64,000 nt of DNA from Gemmatimonadales bacterium (GTDB lineage: Bacteria; Gemmatimonadota; Gemmatimonadetes; Gemmatimonadales; GWC2-71-9): assembly GCA_037189525.1 (NCBI GenBank), contig JBBCJC010000001.1, positions 576,001 through 640,000 of the forward strand, in the 5' to 3' direction. The notes below the pieces were generated by a model that saw only the letters and a program-made list of their open reading frames with translations, had not been told where the DNA came from and ran no database searches. Below are positions 59,870 through 64,000 of this stretch, piece after piece. The translations under genes and the position numbers were made by a program. Numbering within the stretch: the stretch's first letter is position 1; each line of letters starts with the position of its first letter.

Positions 59870-60991
59870 TCAACGGTACCCGTGCCCTCGGCGCACCTCG
59901 GTAATGCCGGGCGGAGGCGGCGTCGGCTGCCAGCGGCCGGACTCGTAGTCGAACCAGGTCTGGCGGCGCTGAGCACTGTAGTTGCGCAGCAGGGCCGACC
60001 CGGCGGAGTCGGCCGCGAGCGCCCGGGTCAACGGCGCAGTAGATCCGCTGGTCGCGACACCGATCAGCTGAACCAGGATGTCATAGGCATGGCGGAGCGA
60101 GTCCGCTTCGAAGAACAGGGTGCTGTCGGAATACGGAATGCCGGGAATCCCGTCGAACATCGCCAGACTCGAGGGCGGCACCGCTTTGAGGCCGGCCCTG
60201 AGCTTGCCGGGAATCCGCATTGCCTGCGCCTTACCGGCCTTGAGATTCTCGACCGCTTTCTGCGCATGCGCCGTCAGATCGGCGCGCGCCTCGTCGACCG
60301 GACGCGGCAGCGCGCTGTCGGCCGCGGTGGCCGTCTTGACGGTGACGTACTCGATCCAGGGCATCGTCTGGAGATCACCGGCCAGCCGGTCATCGCCCGA
60401 CGCGAAGATGACCGGGATACTCTGCCGGCCCCAGGACAGGCCGACCAGTTCGGTTTCCGTAATCGGCTGCCCGTTGATCAGAATCCCGATGCCGAGCGTA
60501 AAGGTGTGCGCCGCAAAACCGCGGCTGCCGGTCTTCGAATGCATGCCTACGACCGCGACCGCATCGTACGCTTTCGGCGTGACCAGATCGAAGTAGGCGT
60601 CGAACGGCTTGTCCTGAATGATTTGCTGGGCCCGAGGATCGAGCAGGTCACGCCGGACATCCGGATCGGCATTGCCGCTGCCGTGGCCATCGACCACGAA
60701 GACCTCCGTGGCCCCGCCCGCGTAGAGACCGGCAACGACCGCGTTGATGTCGGCGACCAGCAGTTCCTGCCCGGTCGGATAGAGCGGATGTCCGAAACGG
60801 AATGACCCCGGATCGCTCTGGCCCGAGAGACCCTCCATATCGTGCAAGACCAGAATCCTGATTCCATCGGTGGTATCGGCCCGAACCGCTTCGAGTGTCC
60901 ATGGCGCACCGGAGGATGACCCCGACGATGTCGTCGAAGACGGGGCACACGCCACGAGCGGCGCCATGAGCAGCAGGAGAGGAATACGCAT
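59870..60991 (-). CDS. M55 (DppA-like D-aminopeptidase) family lipoprotein
   Basis: LVAC lipobox, DMEG, VDGHG, GMHSK, AHT, E.E, SGD. Confidence 0.82.
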   Translation of the reverse strand: MRIPLLLLMAPLVACAPSSTTSSGSSSGAPWTLEAVRADTTDGIRILVLHDMEGLSGQSDPGSFRFGHPLYPTGQELLVADINAVVAGLYAGGATEVFVVDGHGSGNADPDVRRDLLDPRAQQIIQDKPFDAYFDLVTPKAYDAVAVVGMHSKTGSRGFAAHTFTLGIGILINGQPITETELVGLSWGRQSIPVIFASGDDRLAGDLQTMPWIEYVTVKTATAADSALPRPVDEARADLTAHAQKAVENLKAGKAQAMRIPGKLRAGLKAVPPSSLAMFDGIPGIPYSDSTLFFEADSLRHAYDILVQLIGVATSGSTAPLTRALAADSAGSALLRNYSAQRRQTWFDYESGRWQPTPPPPGITEVRRGHGYR

Positions 60992-61151
60992 CGAGTCAGA
61001 TCCCGTTCAGGAGAACACAGGCAGTGTCAGGAGGTGACGGCTGAACGGCCGGCAGGCCAGGGTCGGAGTATAACGCGCCGCGCCCCAATCGCGAGGGCCG
61101 CGCAGACGCGCTTGCCGAAGGCCGCCCGCGACGATAACGTGCTCGGTAGCC

Positions 61152-61862
61152 ATGACGGACCTCATTCATCACCTGATTGCGCTGTTCCTGATCGCGGCTT
61201 TTCCGATCTGGGATCGGATCGAGACCCGCCGGCTCCGAACCGACGCGAGCGAAGCCGCCCGCCTCCGCAGCTATCGGCAGACCGTCGGCTGGCTCTGGGT
61301 CGTCACCGTGATTCTGCTGGTGACGGCGCCGTTACCCTGGCTCATCTACCCGATGGCCGACCCGCGGCTTTCCGGCGGGTCCCTGACACCGTTCGTCTTC
61401 GGCGCCGTGATCGCCCTGCTCCTGGGCATGGGGTTGCCGCTCCTCCCGGGCAAACGGATGGCCAAGGCCCGCGCACAGCAGCGAGAGGCGCTGGAGCGGC
61501 TTTCGTTCTTTCTGCCGAGAACGCGCCGGGAACGTCGCTGGTTTGGAGCGGTATCGGTGTCGGCGGGCATCTGCGAAGAAGTGATCTTCCGCGGGTTCCT
61601 GGCCCAGTACTTTGCCGCGCTTCCGCTGGGCATCGCACCGATCGGCGCGTACCTCCTGTCGGCGCTCGTCTTCGGAATCGACCACGGCTATCAGGGACTC
61701 TCCGGTATCCTAGCCACGGGATTCCTGGCCTTGGTCTTCACCGCCCTCTTTCTCGCCACTGGCAGCATCTGGGTGCCGATTCTGGTCCACGCGCTGATCG
61801 ACCTTCGGATCCTGTTGATCCTTCCGCCCGACGAAACCGCGGCCCCGGGAACCGCCGGATAG
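61152..61862 (+). CDS. CPBP (CAAX/Abi) intramembrane metalloprotease
   Basis: AGICEEVIFRG, FG..H.YQG, H...D. Confidence 0.9.
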   Translation: MTDLIHHLIALFLIAAFPIWDRIETRRLRTDASEAARLRSYRQTVGWLWVVTVILLVTAPLPWLIYPMADPRLSGGSLTPFVFGAVIALLLGMGLPLLPGKRMAKARAQQREALERLSFFLPRTRRERRWFGAVSVSAGICEEVIFRGFLAQYFAALPLGIAPIGAYLLSALVFGIDHGYQGLSGILATGFLALVFTALFLATGSIWVPILVHALIDLRILLILPPDETAAPGTAG

Positions 61863-61945
61863 GTTTCGCGCAAGCCGGCGACTTGTCCCGCATCACATTC
61901 CCGGAGTATCGTCCGCGCCATCGTACTGCCCGCGGAGACCTCGGA

Positions 61946-63442
61946 ATGATTTCGCCCCTTCGTCGCCTCACCGGACTCGGCATCTTGGTTGCCGCGACCG
62001 CGTCGACCGTATCAGCCGCCCCGATCCAACCTCGGCCGGACCCATTCGATTCGGTTCGAGCCTCGGTTCGCCGGGTCATGGCCGAGCGCAAAATTCCCTC
62101 GGTGGCCATCGCGGCAATTCGCGACGGGCGGATCGTCTGGGAGGAAGGATTCGGCTGGGCCGATCAGGAGCGGAAGGTCGCCGCGACGTCGGCGACAATG
62201 TACTCGCTGGCGTCGATTTCGAAACCGGTCACCGGCACGGGGCTGATGCTGCTGGTGCAGCAGGGCAAGGTGAACCTCGACGCGCCCGCCAACGACTACC
62301 TCGAGGATGCCCCGCTGACGGCTCGCGAGGGACGCGCCGCCGATGCGACCGTGCGCCGAGTGGCGAACCATACCTCGGGACTGCCGCTGCACTACCAGTT
62401 CTTCTATCACGATCGGCCACCGGCGCGCCCTTCGATGGACGACGCCATCCGGCACTACGGCTTTCTCGCCGCGCCGCCCGGTACGCAGTTCACCTATTCA
62501 AACCTCGGCTACGGCGTCCTCGAGCGGATCATCGAACGGGTGTCCGGCCGACCCTACGACGCCTTTCTGCGCGACGAGGTCTTCACCCCGCTCGGCCTGA
62601 GCCGGATGGCCGTGGTGACCGGGCCGATCACCGGCGACTCCGTCGCGACACGCTACGACGCCGAGCGGAATCCGATTCCCTGGTACGACTTCGACCACCG
62701 CGGCGCCTCCGCCGTCTATGCCAGCGCCCGCGACCTGGCGCGCTACGGCAACTACCATCTCGGCCTCATGACGCAGGGGCAGCGTCAGATTCTCACTCCG
62801 GAAACGCGCGCGGTCATGCTGCGGCCGACCTCTCGTCGCGCGGAAACCGTGGGTTATGGTGTGGGCTGGCAGACCTTCGAAGACGACTACGGCCACCTGG
62901 CGCAGGGACATTCCGGCGGTATGCCCGGCGTCGCGACCTCGCTCAGGATCTACCCGGAGTCCAAGGTGGTTGTGGTCGTACTGATCAATGCTGCGGAAGG
63001 CGGTACGGTCGCGCGACTGGCATCCGAGGTCGCGGCGGCGCTGATGCCGCGCTACGCCGAACGGCTTCGCGCCGCCAGACCGGACTCCACGACAACGCCA
63101 CGATTTACTCCCGGTGCGGAGCTGGCGGGTAAATGGAGCGGCACCGTCACCACCTGGCAGGGCACTGTACCGATCAGCCTCATGATCGAGGCGGACGGCG
63201 CCGCCCGCGCCGCGATCGGAACGGGCGCACCCGCGAATGTCGAACGGTTCCGCCTGCAGAACGGCCGGCTGACCGGAACCGTCGCCGCGACGGTCCCGAC
63301 GCCCGACGCGTCACGCACCTCCCACAACGTGATGCTCGACCTCCGGCTCCACGACGGCGGGCTGAGCGGTTGGGTCTCTGCGATGGCGCCCGACCTGTTC
63401 GCGCTGTCCTCTTACGCAGCGCTCAAGCGCGAATCGCGCTGA
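61946..63442 (+). CDS. Secreted serine hydrolase (beta-lactamase family)
   Basis: GGAG RBS, signal peptide, ASISK, HTSGL, YSNLGY, HSGGMPG. Confidence 0.9.
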   Translation: MISPLRRLTGLGILVAATASTVSAAPIQPRPDPFDSVRASVRRVMAERKIPSVAIAAIRDGRIVWEEGFGWADQERKVAATSATMYSLASISKPVTGTGLMLLVQQGKVNLDAPANDYLEDAPLTAREGRAADATVRRVANHTSGLPLHYQFFYHDRPPARPSMDDAIRHYGFLAAPPGTQFTYSNLGYGVLERIIERVSGRPYDAFLRDEVFTPLGLSRMAVVTGPITGDSVATRYDAERNPIPWYDFDHRGASAVYASARDLARYGNYHLGLMTQGQRQILTPETRAVMLRPTSRRAETVGYGVGWQTFEDDYGHLAQGHSGGMPGVATSLRIYPESKVVVVVLINAAEGGTVARLASEVAAALMPRYAERLRAARPDSTTTPRFTPGAELAGKWSGTVTTWQGTVPISLMIEADGAARAAIGTGAPANVERFRLQNGRLTGTVAATVPTPDASRTSHNVMLDLRLHDGGLSGWVSAMAPDLFALSSYAALKRESR

Positions 63443-63499
63443 AGCGGTCAGCTCCGCGAGCCCGTAAGCCAAGCTCGCGGAGCACCGCTGCACGTTCCA

Positions 63500-64000
63500 T
63501 CAGTTGCGGCGCGTGATCTCGAAGAGAAACCAGGCCCGCTTCTCCGCCTCATCGATCCAGTTCTCGAGCAGGCTCGCGCTCGCGACATCGCCATGCTCGT
63601 CGCAGATGTCATGCGCCTCCCGCATCCGGCTGGTGAGCGATTTGTTGTCCTCGCACAGTTCGGCCAGCATTTCGTGCGGCTCGACGAAATCGGCGTCGTT
63701 GTCGAGAATCCGCTGCAATCGGGCAATCTGTCCGATCGACTTGATCGTTTCTCCACCGATCTTCCGAACCCGTTCGGCCATCGGGTCGGTTATCGCCAGC
63801 AACTCCGCCCCGTGCACATCGAGCAGCTCGTGATAGTCGCGGAAGGAGGGCCCGCTCATGTGCCAGTGGTAGTTCTTGACCTTGAGATAGAGGGCAAAGG
63901 TATCGGCCAGCAGGGCGTTCAGCGCAGCGCTCACGTCGCGCGTCGCTGCGGCACTCAGGTCGGTCGGAGTCGCAAGCGGCGCTTTGCGCCGACCCTTGAG
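63500..64000 (-). CDS. dps: DNA starvation/stationary phase protection protein Dps (5' partial)
   Basis: LYLK.KNYHWH..G..F...H, D..AER, E.R.WFL; frame open to the window edge. Confidence 0.93.
   Translation of the reverse strand, partial: LKGRRKAPLATPTDLSAAATRDVSAALNALLADTFALYLKVKNYHWHMSGPSFRDYHELLDVHGAELLAITDPMAERVRKIGGETIKSIGQIARLQRILDNDADFVEPHEMLAELCEDNKSLTSRMREAHDICDEHGDVASASLLENWIDEAEKRAWFLFEITRRN

Overview
GC-rich bacterial chromosomal window; gene content and style suggest Gemmatimonadota, which is an inference. It is densely coding and contains no rRNA, tRNA, CRISPR array or intact mobile element that I could see. The main blocks are: (1) xdhC, a serine hydrolase and a doubly inactivated toxin-antitoxin pair; (2) a complete his operon (hisG-D-C-H-A-B-F-N-IE) preceded by an unannotated 7-His leader peptide with antiterminator/terminator; (3) a divergent TetR/SDR pair; (4) an arg operon (argG-X-argC-argD-argF'-argB-argE-argH-argR) with no argA or argJ; (5) a DUF2071-methyltransferase-FAD oxidoreductase-type III PKS cluster; (6) an ogt / adaA-alkA alkylation-repair pair sharing a 21-bp promoter motif; (7) VOC, DinB and ankyrin genes, the last with a structured 5' leader; (8) katG; and (9) a long stretch of exported hydrolases with a BlaI/BlaR-type module, ending in dps. 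The most interesting candidate is the arg operon. Gene X is a translationally coupled DUF1611/DgcN-like P-loop protein, and the transcarbamylase has Val at the acetyl/succinyl specificity position. Together these suggest an arginine pathway that uses a new type of N-acyl (possibly succinyl) glutamate synthase.
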